DNA from: Blepharisma stoltei ATCC 30299
Lineage: Eukaryota > Protista > Ciliophora
NCBI GenBank assembly: GCA_965603825.1
Contig: CBFDEM010000047.1
Coordinates: forward strand, 620,001 to 684,000
Direction: 5' to 3'
DNA: 64,000 nt
Positions 49,501 through 61,600 of this stretch are shown piece by piece (positions within the stretch are counted from its first letter, which is position 1; the number at the start of each line of letters is the position of its first letter). The position numbers and the translations under genes were made by a program. Below the pieces are notes generated by a model, which was not told the DNA's origin, ran no database searches, and saw only the letters and a list, made by a program, of their open reading frames with translations.

Positions 49501-51516
49501 TATAGCACAAGTGCGTATGATGCCCATAAATGGGAGAATGCTGACAACTCCAGAGATCGAACAACTTGGGAGTTGAAAATGCTCCAGATATGAACTTTTA
49601 TGTCAAAAAAATATTTGTTCAAAAAATTTCAATTAGGAAATTAAAAATAGGTTATTATATTAGATTTGTAATTTTGAAACTATTATTGTCATAATGCTTT
49701 ATTAGTTTCATTATATTTTAAATATTCCAAGATTTTAAGTTTTAAGCGCTTTTTCCAGCACAAAGAATATATATTTTGCTTCATAAAACTTAATTTTATA
49801 TTGAACAAAGCAGCATTCATTAAAGTAAAAATAATTTGCATTCATCATCAGATACCTTTGATAGTTTAGCTCTCCGCTTTTGCCAACTGGCTGGCTCTAT
49901 TTTTTTCTGATTTTCTCTCTGGATTGTAATACTCTTTGCTCCAGAAGTTGCTTCCTGATCTTTTCACTAGTGAAAATAACGATGGCATCTCCTGATAGCA
50001 GCAGCCTACACCTTAGAAATTCCCCTGGCTTCATGTAATCTCCAGCGTAACTATCAGTCTAGGTACAGTTCTTTCTTCTCTCTTGAATATTTGTTTTTAT
50101 TTGGAAATACTTTCACCGAATTTCCTAAATGGTTGGATTCCTGAATTTCTGGCAGTGTTTCTGTTGGAGTCGCAAACCCTTAGAACGCTCCGCTCGCGCT
50201 AAATCCCAAATGCTGAATTTCTTCTTCTTGGACAGCCTTGAGTGTAACTGTTTTCCTTTTTCGCTGGCTCATATTAATAAAAGTAAATAATTTGCATTTA
50301 ATTATGGAATTATCCAGCACAAATATCTCTTATTTTATATTAGTCAAATATTTTTACAATCAAAAGCAAATTTTTTTTCCAATTAGAAGTAAAATTTTTG
50401 AACAAGGGCGTTTGGGAAGTGTTACTATCTAATATAAAGAATTTATATAAATTCTTAAAGCCATTGTCAAGCTTAGTAAAAATATCGGGGAAAGGCATCA
50501 TTAATTGCTTATTTCTAATATTTTAGCCTAATTTGCAGAAATGCTGTTGCACATTATTGTTTTAGGCTTAATCAGTTCGCTAAATTTAAACTCTGCTCCT
50601 TTCGAGATTCATTTAATCCTCAATCTTAATTTTTTCATATAATTAAATTTTCAAAGAATGTCAATTTTAATTTTTAGTCCTTGCATAAAAATGGGTCATA
50701 AAAATTGTACTTGCAAAAACCGGAATAATAACTTAAATTGGCCTATAAAAAAAGTAAAGATTGCAACCTAATTAGAAAGCTACTTGCTATGGGCCATGAA
50801 ATTTGTTAACGGGCAAAATATTTCTAAGCAACTTATAATAATATTTTATCGAATAAGAATATCATCCTCGAAGTATCCAGCACTTTTTTAGACTTTAATG
50901 TATCAAACTGGAATTTATTAAACTATTTTATTTTGCCAGGCTTTTATCCTCGCTAATTATCGCTTTTTAAAGCATTTTCTGTCAAAAATTCAATAATTAA
51001 AGTTTTTTAATGACTTGCAAATTAATAGCGATTTTGGCTTAAGTATTTCACATATGCTTATCAATCTAATTTAATGGTAATTAAACTAAAAAAGCAGTTA
51101 AAGCAAAATACCATAGCCTTCATCTCTAATATTAAAGGGTTTGCTAATAGCAGTTATCATAGTGTAACAGTATGGCTAATGGTGATTTAATACTTACAGA
51201 TAACTAAAGGAAGTAGTAGTGAGAAAACACAACAGTTTTGCCTGCTACTAGGGACGCAAACTATTAATATATAAATTAAATCTTATGATAAATTAAAAAG
51301 GAAAAATATATATTTTTGTAAAATATATATAAAACAAGCTTGATAGAGCCTTCTAGAATATATAAATAATGATTTTATTCTTATAATGCTTTTTTTTATC
51401 GAGAATTGATTAGATTTATCTTTATGGTTACCTAGGTTGTGTGTTGAGAACTAAAAATTGAGAGAAGCTTACTTGAAAAATTTATAAATATTAAGTTATT
51501 TAGTTTAGTGAAAAAT

Positions 51517-51783
51517 TTAAACAACGCATAAGGAACTTATCCCAATTATCTTTATCTTTTTTGAGACTTCTCTGAGCCTAACTAAACGCTTGCTGTATAA
51601 TATGCTTTCATTTAGAGTTAAAATAGGAGCATGGGCTGCCTTATTAACTCTTATTAAATTTCATTGCATTTTGAGGTCATTTTTAGCACTATCCTTGGAG
51701 GAGCTGTGAGTGTCTTTTAATTGGTCGTCAAGGACTGCAGCTGTTTTAAAGCATTTTTTATTCTTAGTAGAGCAGGAACCCAT
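51517..51783 (-). CDS. Acylated microprotein family member 12 (88 aa; absent from the ORF track)
   Basis: MGSCSTKNKKCFKTAAVLDDQLK..Q-W(TGA)-NLIRVNKAAHAPILTLNESILYSKRL; colinear with member 10. Confidence 0.83.
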
Positions 51784-52728
51784 TTATAATTGAGTATGAA
51801 ATATCAGTTTAATGGTGTTGAAAATTTTATTGGAAAATTTAATAGCTTGATGATTAAAAAACTAAATTTTTCGAAATATAGGTGGATAAAGATAATAAGA
51901 CTTTTATATAAAAATTAAATTGGATAACACTGCCTTAAATTGTCTTGGGCATGGGATTAGTAATAGCAAGTAAAAGTATCTTGAATGGGGTTATTTTTCC
52001 ACAATGGTTTTATCTTCCTAGTGAGCTTAAATTTTTAAGTTTTTAATGCTTTGCAAATTTTCAACTTAAAAAAGAATTTTTCTAGAATTTGTGAAAAAAA
52101 TTTTCATATCAGAATTCGCATATTCGAAACTATTTTTACTTTAAGGCTTATTTTAGATCTATTGGTCTTTTAAATGTTCTAGGTTTAAATTTTAAGCTCA
52201 TTATTTGAAAATTTTGAAAGGAGCAATATTTCTGAGATTTCTTAAAAAATTACATATGATAAGGAGTCAAATCATATATAGGAAAAATTAAAAAGAAGTG
52301 ATTTTTAATTAAAATTATCATGCAAAAGATGTTTTTAATTGTATATTATTTCGTAAATACTTAAAAATTTTTCAATAAAATTTTCATAAATATTTTTTCA
52401 GATTATCGATTCAAGCCTAAAGATTCTTGCGAGAATAATATAGAAAATATTTAAAAAAATTCAATTTTTAAAGTGCTTTCATATATTTCTCATCCTTAAT
52501 CTGAAACTATTTTAAGATTGCATAAATGATTTCTTTAGCTAATTTGACATTATTTAAATTCATATCCTGACCAGATTTTCTTCATTTTTATTCTAAACCT
52601 GTTTAAAAATGCAAATTTAATTATTGATATTATTCAATATATATAAAACAGCTATTAATCTATATCTTAATAAAGCATTAATTATTGTTATCGGCATTCT
52701 AATTATGTCATTCAGATCGCATAAGAGT

Positions 52729-52998
52729 TTAGCAAGATGAAGTAGTCGATGTTGACTGCTCAAGGTTGCTACAAGACTGATACATCTCATTTTGTCATCG
52801 GGATGCTCTCCTTTGATATAAATAATTTTCGTTAATATTTAGCTGAGGAGCTTCCAATGCTTTTTTTTCGCAAATTCTTTTGTGTTGGCCTTCAGCTTTT
52901 AACTTTTCGTATATGCTTTCATATTGATCGGTGGTTTTGTGAGGGCAAATCTTCTTAGCTTTAGAAGTCTTTGACTGAGTTCCATAGCAAGCACCCAT
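52729..52998 (-). CDS. Acylated microprotein family member 13 (89 aa)
   Basis: MGACYG..EKKALEAPQLNINENYLYQRRASR-W(TGA)-QNEMYQSCSNLEQSTSTTSSC*; close paralogue of member 11, with the sequence after the TGA conserved. Confidence 0.85.
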
Positions 52999-53197
52999 AT
53001 TGAAATAAATTTTATTAATTTAACAAATAGAAACCGTTATGGAGAGGTCAAATTAAACTTATGTAAGAAATTTCGAAAATGAGACCCAGCATGGGCGTGA
53101 TATCACTGGAATTTAAATTTTAATCGCTTTAATTATAAAATTCTGGCAAATATTTTAGAATTAAAATATTATTAAGAATAAAACCGTTTATTTTGGC

Positions 53198-55069
53198 TTA
53201 TTTCTGCTTGGCTCCAAGAATTTTTAAGACTATAAGGGAAATAAGTCTTGTCAAAATTGCATATATAATAATTGCCATGATACACATTTCTATTGAGAAG
53301 TCAAATTCTAAATCATCCAATGGGTCGCACTTTGGTCCATTTGGGTCACAATTAAAGTTCATGTCTGTATATTGATTCACAGTAAAGGCTTGAAAAGTAT
53401 AATAAAACGGTGAGAAGTATGTGATCCAGGAGAATATATAGTTCAATCGGCTCATGCTAATCATCCCTCCGTACGCATTTAGCGGAGCTACAAAAATCTG
53501 TGAAATTGCTAAAGCAATTTCTTGAGTTTTGCACATAGCACCTACAATATATCCAAGTCCTCCTCCCATTTGATGCCCTAAGAAAAAAATCAAACAGAAA
53601 ATAAAAAATTTTCCTGCATTAAGATTCAGATCAAGGGCAAAATAAAGCATAAGAGCAGTCATTGCAGCTCCTAATAAATGGAAAGGAAGCTCTGAAATTA
53701 GCTTTGCTAAAATGTATATAAATGTCCCATATATTCCTTTATTGTACTCTTTAAGGTATATTGGCCTTTCAGATGGTATTCCCATTGCTGAATAAGCATT
53801 TCCGCTCATAATAGCGTTCATTGTAATAAAATACAAAACTCCATTGATGTTTTGAATAGAATGAAAATCATTTCCAAGATCATGGAATAGTAAATCAGTC
53901 AAAACCCAAATCACGATTAAAAGCATAAGCCAGGCTATTAAAGCTCCTGGATTTCTCCTTGCATTGATAAAGCCTCTATCACAAAGGATACAAAATTTAC
54001 GAAAATTGCTGATTTTTTGAGGAGATTTTATGGCAAGACTATTTGAGCTTGGGATTGGGATATTTTGGATTATGTCTTTAGTTTCGTAGACAGAAGTTAG
54101 TGTATTTAATATGTTTTTTTCTTCCTCTGTCATATTTTTACGGTCAATTATATGAAGCAAGTTCATATAATAATCAGCTGGATTCGTTAATTTTGGGCAC
54201 GAAAACCCAAGTTTCGAAAAATATTTTCTTGATTTCGATGATGGGCCATCATAAACTGTACACCCATTGCTGAGTAATATCAGTTTATCAATTTTATTAA
54301 AAATCGAACTGCTTGGCTGATGCAGAGTCGAAATAACGATTTTTCCATCCCTTGACAAATCTAAAAGCACATCAATTAAAACTTCAGCTGTAAAGCTGTC
54401 TAACCCTGAGGTCGGTTCATCTAATATAACAATCTGTGGGTCAGAAATCAGTTCCATTCCTATGCTGACTCTTTTTCTTTCTCCCCCAGAAATTCCTTTT
54501 ACAATTACACTTCCAATTAAATTATCAGAAACTTGACCCAATTTGAGTTTCTTGATAATTTGGTCTACTTTTTCAGTTATTTTTTCAGATGGTCCAGGCA
54601 TTGACAGTTTTGCTATAAAGCTTAATGATTCTTTTACTGTAAGATAAGGCAACAAAACATCCTCTTGGGTCACATATGCAATAGTGTGCTTTCTGCTTAA
54701 TACATTTATGGCTGCTCCATTCAGCAAAATTTCTCCACTAATTTTTGTATTGTCCGAGGCTCTGATTCTCCCCGCAATTATATCAAGTAAAGTAGTCTTA
54801 CCAGCACCTGAAGAACCCATAAGGACTGTAAGTGTTCCAGATTTGGCATAGCCAGAGACACCTTTTAATATGGTTTCTTCATTATGGTGAAGGTCAACTT
54901 GATAAAGAATATTTCTTCATGACAAGCATAAGGAAGACTCAGAGTCTGCGTAAGAAATATCTTCACTTGTAGGAATTAGCTGATTAAAATCCTGGGATAA
55001 ACACTTATCTGAAGAAGGGTTTGAGGACATTTGTAAGGCAAAGGATTCGAGAGCTGGCAAATTATCCAT
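53198..55069 (-). CDS. ABCG half-transporter, 623 aa
   Basis: ATG 55069 is in frame through LS-W(TGA)-RNI; GSSGAGKTT, YVTQED, ISGGERKRVS, LDEPTSGLDS, TLHQP; TM domain. Confidence 0.93.
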
Positions 55070-55230
55070 TTATGAAACGCCAGATTTTAGGCGAAAATTG
55101 TATAAAATAATGAAATAAAATACTGAAAATTCTATGGGGAAAATAACAGCGTTTTGCAAATAATAATTTATTATTTTTCTTATTTTGAACAAAAATCGAT
55201 TGCATATAGTGGTAAATTATTAACTAATTA

Positions 55231-57096
55231 CTATTTAGCCTTCATCCCAAGCAGCTTTAATATCCAATACGCAATAATTCTAGTAATAATAACATACAAA
55301 ATGATTGGAAGTATATAGGCTTGAATTTGGCTATCAAATCCTAACTGATTAAGAGGATCACATTCTGGCCCATCAGGATCGCAGTCAAATTCCATATCTT
55401 TGTATTGATTTACACTTAGTGCCCCAAATGCATAAAAATAAGGTGTTATATATCTAATTCAAGAAAATGCTGAGTTTAATCGATTCACATTGACAACTAG
55501 GCCGCCATAAGTTATTAACGGCGCAATGAACATCTGTGATAATCCAAAAGCTAACTCCTCAGTTTTACACAAAGCGCCTATAATATGTCCAAGCCCGCTT
55601 CCCATCAGATACGACAACAAAAAAACAGCAAAAAACACAAAAAAATTGCCTGCACCATTATATAACCCTACTGGAAAATAAACCATTGCAGAAGTCACTA
55701 TAGCAGCCAAGACTTGTAAAGGAAACTCCGATGCCATTTTGGCTGCCACATAAGTCAAAGTCCCATAAACTCCTTGGCTATATTCTTTCACATAAATTGG
55801 GCGCTCACAAGGAATTCCCATAGAAGACGACGAATTTCCATTCATAACCGCTACAATTGTGATGAAAAATAAGATACCATTGATATTTTGAATAGAGGTA
55901 AAGCTATTCCCTAGGTCATGGAACAGAAGGTCTGTCACAATTCAAATTATGATTAATAAGCTTATTCATGCCTGTGAGGCTCCTGGGTTTCTTCTGCTAT
56001 TAATAAAGCCTCTTTCACACAAAATGATGAATTTTTTGGCTGAACTCACATGCCTAACCCTACTAATTGGCTTAGACTCTAAATTTTCAAAAATTGGGAA
56101 GTCAGCTTCTTTATAAGCATCCTTAAGAGTTTGCAAAATTTGAGTTTCTTCTTCTGACATATGCAGTCTGTCAACAATATGGAGAAAATTCATATAATAG
56201 TCTGCAGGGTTGGTTAATTTTGGGCATGGAAATCCAAGTTTTGAAAAATATTTTCTTGACTTTGATGCTGGGCCGTCATAGACGATATACCCGCTGCTCA
56301 GCAGCACAAGTTTATGGATTTTATTGAAAATGGAAGAGCTAGGCTGATGTAGCGTCGAAATAACTGTCTTTCCATCTTTAGCTAAATCTATTAAAACGTC
56401 AATAAGCACTTCTGCTGTAAAACTGTCTAACCCTGAGGTCGGCTCATCTAAAATGACTATTTGTGGATCAGAAATCAGCTCCATTCCTATGCTTACCCTT
56501 TTTCTTTCCCCACCAGAGACCCCTTTAACAGTCACGCTACCTATCAAATTATCAGCAATATGGCTTAATCTTAATTTTCCCATAATTTCAGCCACCTTTT
56601 TATTTATCGTACTAATTGACCCACAAAATGTCAATCCTGCTGCAAATGTTAAAGACTCTTTTACAGTAAGATATGGGAGCAAAATATCTTCTTGTGTGAT
56701 GTATGCGCATTTTTTAGTGAATTTTGATGAGTTAATGTCTATGCCATTTATCATGACTTCTCCTGTGACCTTTGAATTAGGTGAGCATTTGACTCTGCCA
56801 GCTATTATATTTAGCAGAGTAGTTTTTCCTGCACCTGAAGAGCCCATAAGGACAGTTAGTTCTCCTGGGCTGGCGTATCCTGATACCCCTTTTAAAATTA
56901 TTTGACCTTTATTTTTGATTCTGACGTGGTAAAAAATATTTTTCCATGATAAATACAGCTTTGAGGATTTTGCATTATCAGATTCAGTCTGAGGAATTAT
57001 TTCATATACTGATGATGCATTATCTATGCTAGCTGACTGTTCTGATAAGGTATTAGAAGAAGCTTGCGATACGGTAATTTCATCTATATTATCCAT
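55231..57096 (-). CDS. ABCG half-transporter, 621 aa (tandem paralogue)
   Basis: Same motifs; its TGA codons align to TGG Trp codons of the neighbouring paralogue. Ends TAG at 55231. Confidence 0.93.
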
Positions 57097-57363
57097 ATTT
57101 TAAATTCAAATACTGTTGATCTGATCTTTTTAGTGGGATTAATTAGAAATGAAAAAATAATTATCAATAATAAAAATTATATTTTTTAAAAAATTATATT
57201 ATTGAAACTTATTTTTCATATACAAATTAGATGAAAAGTAAGAAATTTAATAAACTTATTTTTAAACTCAAATAGAAATAATAGATCATTATAGCTGATT
57301 GGCAAGTCTAACAGATTGTTTCCATGAGTTTATGAAAGTTTTGTTTGAAATTGATATTTTACT

Positions 57364-57511
57364 ATAGCTCAATGAGGCCTTTCAGTGTGCTGCTCCTCTT
57401 GGAAAGGTCTGAGCTTGCTACCCAAGAGCAGATTGGGATGAGCCATCATGGGTTTTAAAGTCTTAATCCAGTGATGAGTCCTAAGTAGCTTCCCAACAAT
57501 TCTGAGGCTAT
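57364..57511 (+). ncRNA. Candidate structured ncRNA (box C/D snoRNA-like)
   Basis: Terminal stem ATAGCT/GGCTAT; imperfect C box ATGAGGC (57372); CTGA (57409); GTGATGA (57471); CTGA (57502); locally raised GC; no clean ORF. Confidence 0.25.
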
Positions 57512-57668
57512 TATAGGAAAAATGGGATTTCTTAGATTGATCAATGCTGGCATCCACCTAAAACTCAAGCCAAACAAGCCCATAGCCCCCGTCCTCAAAA
57601 TTTTATAAATCTATCTTTAGGAATTAAAAGGACAGCTTGTATCACTTAGTCATTTAATGTATATTAAA

Positions 57669-58253
57669 ATGAGTGAACACTTCCCAAAAATCCAACCAAA
57701 CAAAAACATTTCCAAAGACGTTTCATTCCAAAGCTTTCTCCCTTCCTTCCCAAAGCTTCCAAATTCCAAGCCAAAAGTCCACAATCTTTTCAAAAAATAC
57801 TCATGCAGGCGTTCAAGTGTCCAAAAAGGAAACATTTCTTGAGAAGCTGACTCAAATTTTCCCACATTTGGCTTAAAAGATGAGCAAAAATTAAGAAGTG
57901 CAAGTAGACAAACTGATAGCAAATTGAGTGTCAGAAGAGACAGCAGCACCTCAGCTGAGAGAAATGTTTTGACTGAAGAAAGTGAGAGAATAAATAGAAA
58001 ATACAATAGAAGAAGCCCAAATTTGTGCAATCAGGCGACAAAAATACCTTTTATAACAAAGCAGCCAGCAATTATTGAAAATATTATGAGAAAACATAGG
58101 AAACTTTTTCAGGCGAATGATGAGGGAATAAAATCTGTAATCGGGCCTTCTATACATAGCTCACAAAGTGTGAATAATTTCAGGCTGTTTAAAAGTAGAA
58201 GGAATTTTAGCTCAAAATGTATATATAGAATTAGTAGCAGAAAAGATATTTAA
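57669..58253 (+). CDS. 194-aa basic, Ser/Lys/Arg-rich hypothetical protein
   Basis: ORFs 57657 and 57924 are in frame through TGA 57840; ends TAA. Confidence 0.6.
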
Positions 58254-58655
58254 ATAGCTTATTGCTAAATTGTATAATGATAATACAGTTTTTAGTCACA
58301 TTTATTTTTAATTAATATTAAAACTGTGATTATTTAGCTAAACATCAACAAATTGAAAGTTTTTTACTAAATTCATAAATTGAGATTATTATAAGCCGAT
58401 AATAAAATTATCATATTATTTATAAATGCCTTGATCACCTACTAAGGTATTTTATTAAAGTTCTTTATAATAATTTTTATTTTATAATATTTCCTCAATA
58501 TAATCCTTCAAAATTATTTAAAAGATTTGCATCGATTTGACGATAATCGTACAGCACTTTTAGCAAGTTCCTTTTCGCACAATCTTTCCTCTTTCATTAT
58601 AAAAATTAATTTTCTGACAAAGAATTAATCCTCTAACATTTTACTCCTATTAATT

Positions 58656-61600
58656 ATGAAGGAAGAAAAGAACGATGAGCCTGCTTTTCAAATAAATTCA
58701 TTAGAAAAGCCACACTCATTTATCAAATTTTTATGGAAAATACTCAAAGAGTCTATTTTTGGTGGATTTTCGTGCCTTTATGTTCCAAAAAAAAAGTCGT
58801 TTTCAAACCTGAATACACAAAAAATCATGGAAATATTGATAAATATTATTGTTTTCTTACAAATTTCAAGACTTAACTGAAGAATTAACCTGAATCCAGA
58901 CAACCAAATTTTGAAGCATTGAAAAATTATTGGATATGCAAGTTTTGATCAAATTTGCGCAGAGTCAGGGACTTTATATACCTGCTTTGTAGGGTTTTCA
59001 GTTACAGTTTGGGTATGTGCCTTATTTATTCTAATTTTTTCAATTATGAGCTATTATAAAAAAAACACTAACGACTACCTGACTTTTTTTCCGAGATTTT
59101 TAGTAACATTTTTATCAACTATAGGATTTGTCCCTTTTGTGCTAACTTTTATGCTTACTCTCAAATACTCAAGCAAAAATGATAATACAGTAGATGAATA
59201 CCAAAACTGTGAAAATTGCAACCTAAACTGAGGCAATTATGGACAATTCGCCTCAGTTTTTGGCTTGATATGAATATTTGCAATAACACATGGAGACAAA
59301 ATTTTTGGTGCAAGCTTAAGACATGCTTTTAAAGACCAAAATTTGAGGTCGAGGTCACATTCAAAATTAAGCATTGAGACGAATTTTTTTTACTTTTTGG
59401 CTGTAGTTGTTTACGCTTTGTTTAATTCTTATAGTTATTATCTACATCAAGCTTTGCTTATTATTTATCCGATTATACTTAATTACAAGTATATTAAGTA
59501 TATTCCTTATTACAATTCAATAGAAAATGAAATTTCTATAACTCAAAATACAGGGATCGCGACTGTATCTGCAATATTTGTGCTTGGGAATGCTACAGAA
59601 AATGATTATATTACGGTTTGGCTATTCTGGATGGTTTTGCCTCTTATCGTATATTTTGCTTTGAATTTCTCAAGAAAACAATTTAAGCTGCGCCTTGATA
59701 TAACTGATAAGGTTTTGAAGGATCAGTATGATTTTGAATATTTTATGAGGGCGAGACTGTTTGAAAATGAGGTTTCGAACCCTAATGATATCATAAATAA
59801 ATTTTCTGGGTCTTCAAAAATCGCAGGATTTGACCCTGATAAGCTGTTTGCTGTGTGGGAAACTTATTATTGCATAGATGTGCTATCAGATGAAAGATTG
59901 GGTAGAATTAAGCTAAATAAGGCATTTTACATGAGATCAACACTTGAAGGCGATTTTCAAGTCTGAAAATGTAAAAATACCTTAGAAGAGCACTCAATTG
60001 GGTTCTATGGCGACATAAGCATACTTTATTATATTTTAGAGCTAGAAAGCATTAAGGAAAAAGACGAATTTTTATGTCACAAATTGCTCGATTTTTGAGG
60101 AGAAATAACAGCTGATAAGCCAAGAATGGGAAAGCTTTATTATCTTTCAGGAGAATTATCAAAGACTTTAGACGAAGTTAAGAAAAGGTATGCAGACTTG
60201 GTGAAAAGCTTCCCAAATAATATATATTGTCATGAACTTTATGGGTCTTTATTAATGGATATACTTAGAGATAATGCTTCTGGGTTTAAACTTATAAACA
60301 AAAAAGAAAGCTTTGTTTCGTTACATAAAGAAGCCTCCAAAGCGAAGTTTTGGAAGTTTTCTGAAATTAATGGGTTTCTTATTGTATCTGCTGACCCTAA
60401 ACTATTCGGAATAGTTGTCTATGCGAATTCCTGTGCAGGCCAGATATTATCCCAACCAGCAAATCATATAATAGGATCCAAACTTAGCAATTACATACCT
60501 GATCCATTTTCTAGGAATCATGATGAATATTTACGTAGATATCTTATAAACTGCAAAAGCCCAGACGTAGAATCTATTATGTCTTATTTTTTAAAAAACG
60601 AGCGAGGCTACCTAGTCGGCTGTGACTTTAAAATCAGTCTCGTTTCCTTAATAAATCACGTCTACTTTGTTGTATCATTGGATGCAAATGCAAAGCACCG
60701 AGAATTTGCGTTAGTTTCAGAAATTGGAGAAATTTACGCTCATAGTGAACTATTTCCTCAAATTATTTCCCAAAAGAAAACAAGCGTCACCAAAGAACTT
60801 ATCGATAATTTGATACCTGGGGTGACTTATTCTTCAATGAAGCCTCTTGAGCCTTGAATTGTTTCTCTTCACCACAAAGAAATTCTGATAGTAAAAATCC
60901 AGCACCACATATTGTCAACTTCGTTTAATTTTTTAATATTAGTCAATGACCGTTTTGAAATTGAAATTTGAAAAAGAGGAGAGGATACATTTCAACTAGG
61001 AAATACGGAAGAGAATTTTTCAAGAGAAATAACCTCATATACTGATATGAAAAGAGTTTTGCACGTAAATATATGCTCAAAAGCGTCTAAGATGTCAGCT
61101 ATTTATTCAATGTCAATGTCAGAGCTAGGTATAGCAATTGATAAAGAAAAATATGAAAATGAGGATAATCAAGAAAATAAGAGCAGCGTCAAAACCCTAT
61201 CAGTGTCTCAAGCAAGCAACGCTACATATATTATTTTAAGTAATAGAGATTTAGGTATAAGCCAAAGGTTGGTCAAAGAATCAGAAGTAATGCTGAAGCT
61301 CTTCAAATGGATTTTATTTTTTTCTGTAAGGCTCATGCAGACTTTAGCTATTATCAGCATGAATATAATACTTTTGGTATATATTTATCAGCAGATAGCT
61401 CATTCTAATAACCTCAGTATTGTTAAAAATTTTGCAGGGATAATGCAAGAGGTGTCTGTAGAAGCTTACCTAGCACATGCAATAGATTTAAGTACTAATT
61501 ATACAAGTATGGATCGGTCTTATTATAAAGCTCAGCTTATTGATAGCTTAGAAAAGCTACGAAAATTGCAGCCAACAATTTTAGATGACTATAGCAGATG

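Noticed and set aside
49493-49527. Rescue of the remnant microprotein through ATG 49527 and a 16-nt GT..AG segment (GTGCTATACTTCAAAG)
   Set aside because: It restores the frame but lacks the GTA start and the branch A six nt from the 3' end seen in all other introns here, and the product MGIIRT.. lacks the family Cys4.
16339-50432. Short AT-rich track ORFs (16339, 33480, 40253, 43700, 50238)
   Set aside because: Mostly non-ATG starts, I/K/F/L-biased composition typical of random AT-rich DNA, and no motif or paralogue support.
57385-57412. Similarity to the U14 snoRNA domain B guide (UGCUGCCUUCCUUGGAUGU-CUGA)
   Set aside because: Several mismatches and an insertion in the guide, and no U14 domain A (CAUUCGCAGU) was found.
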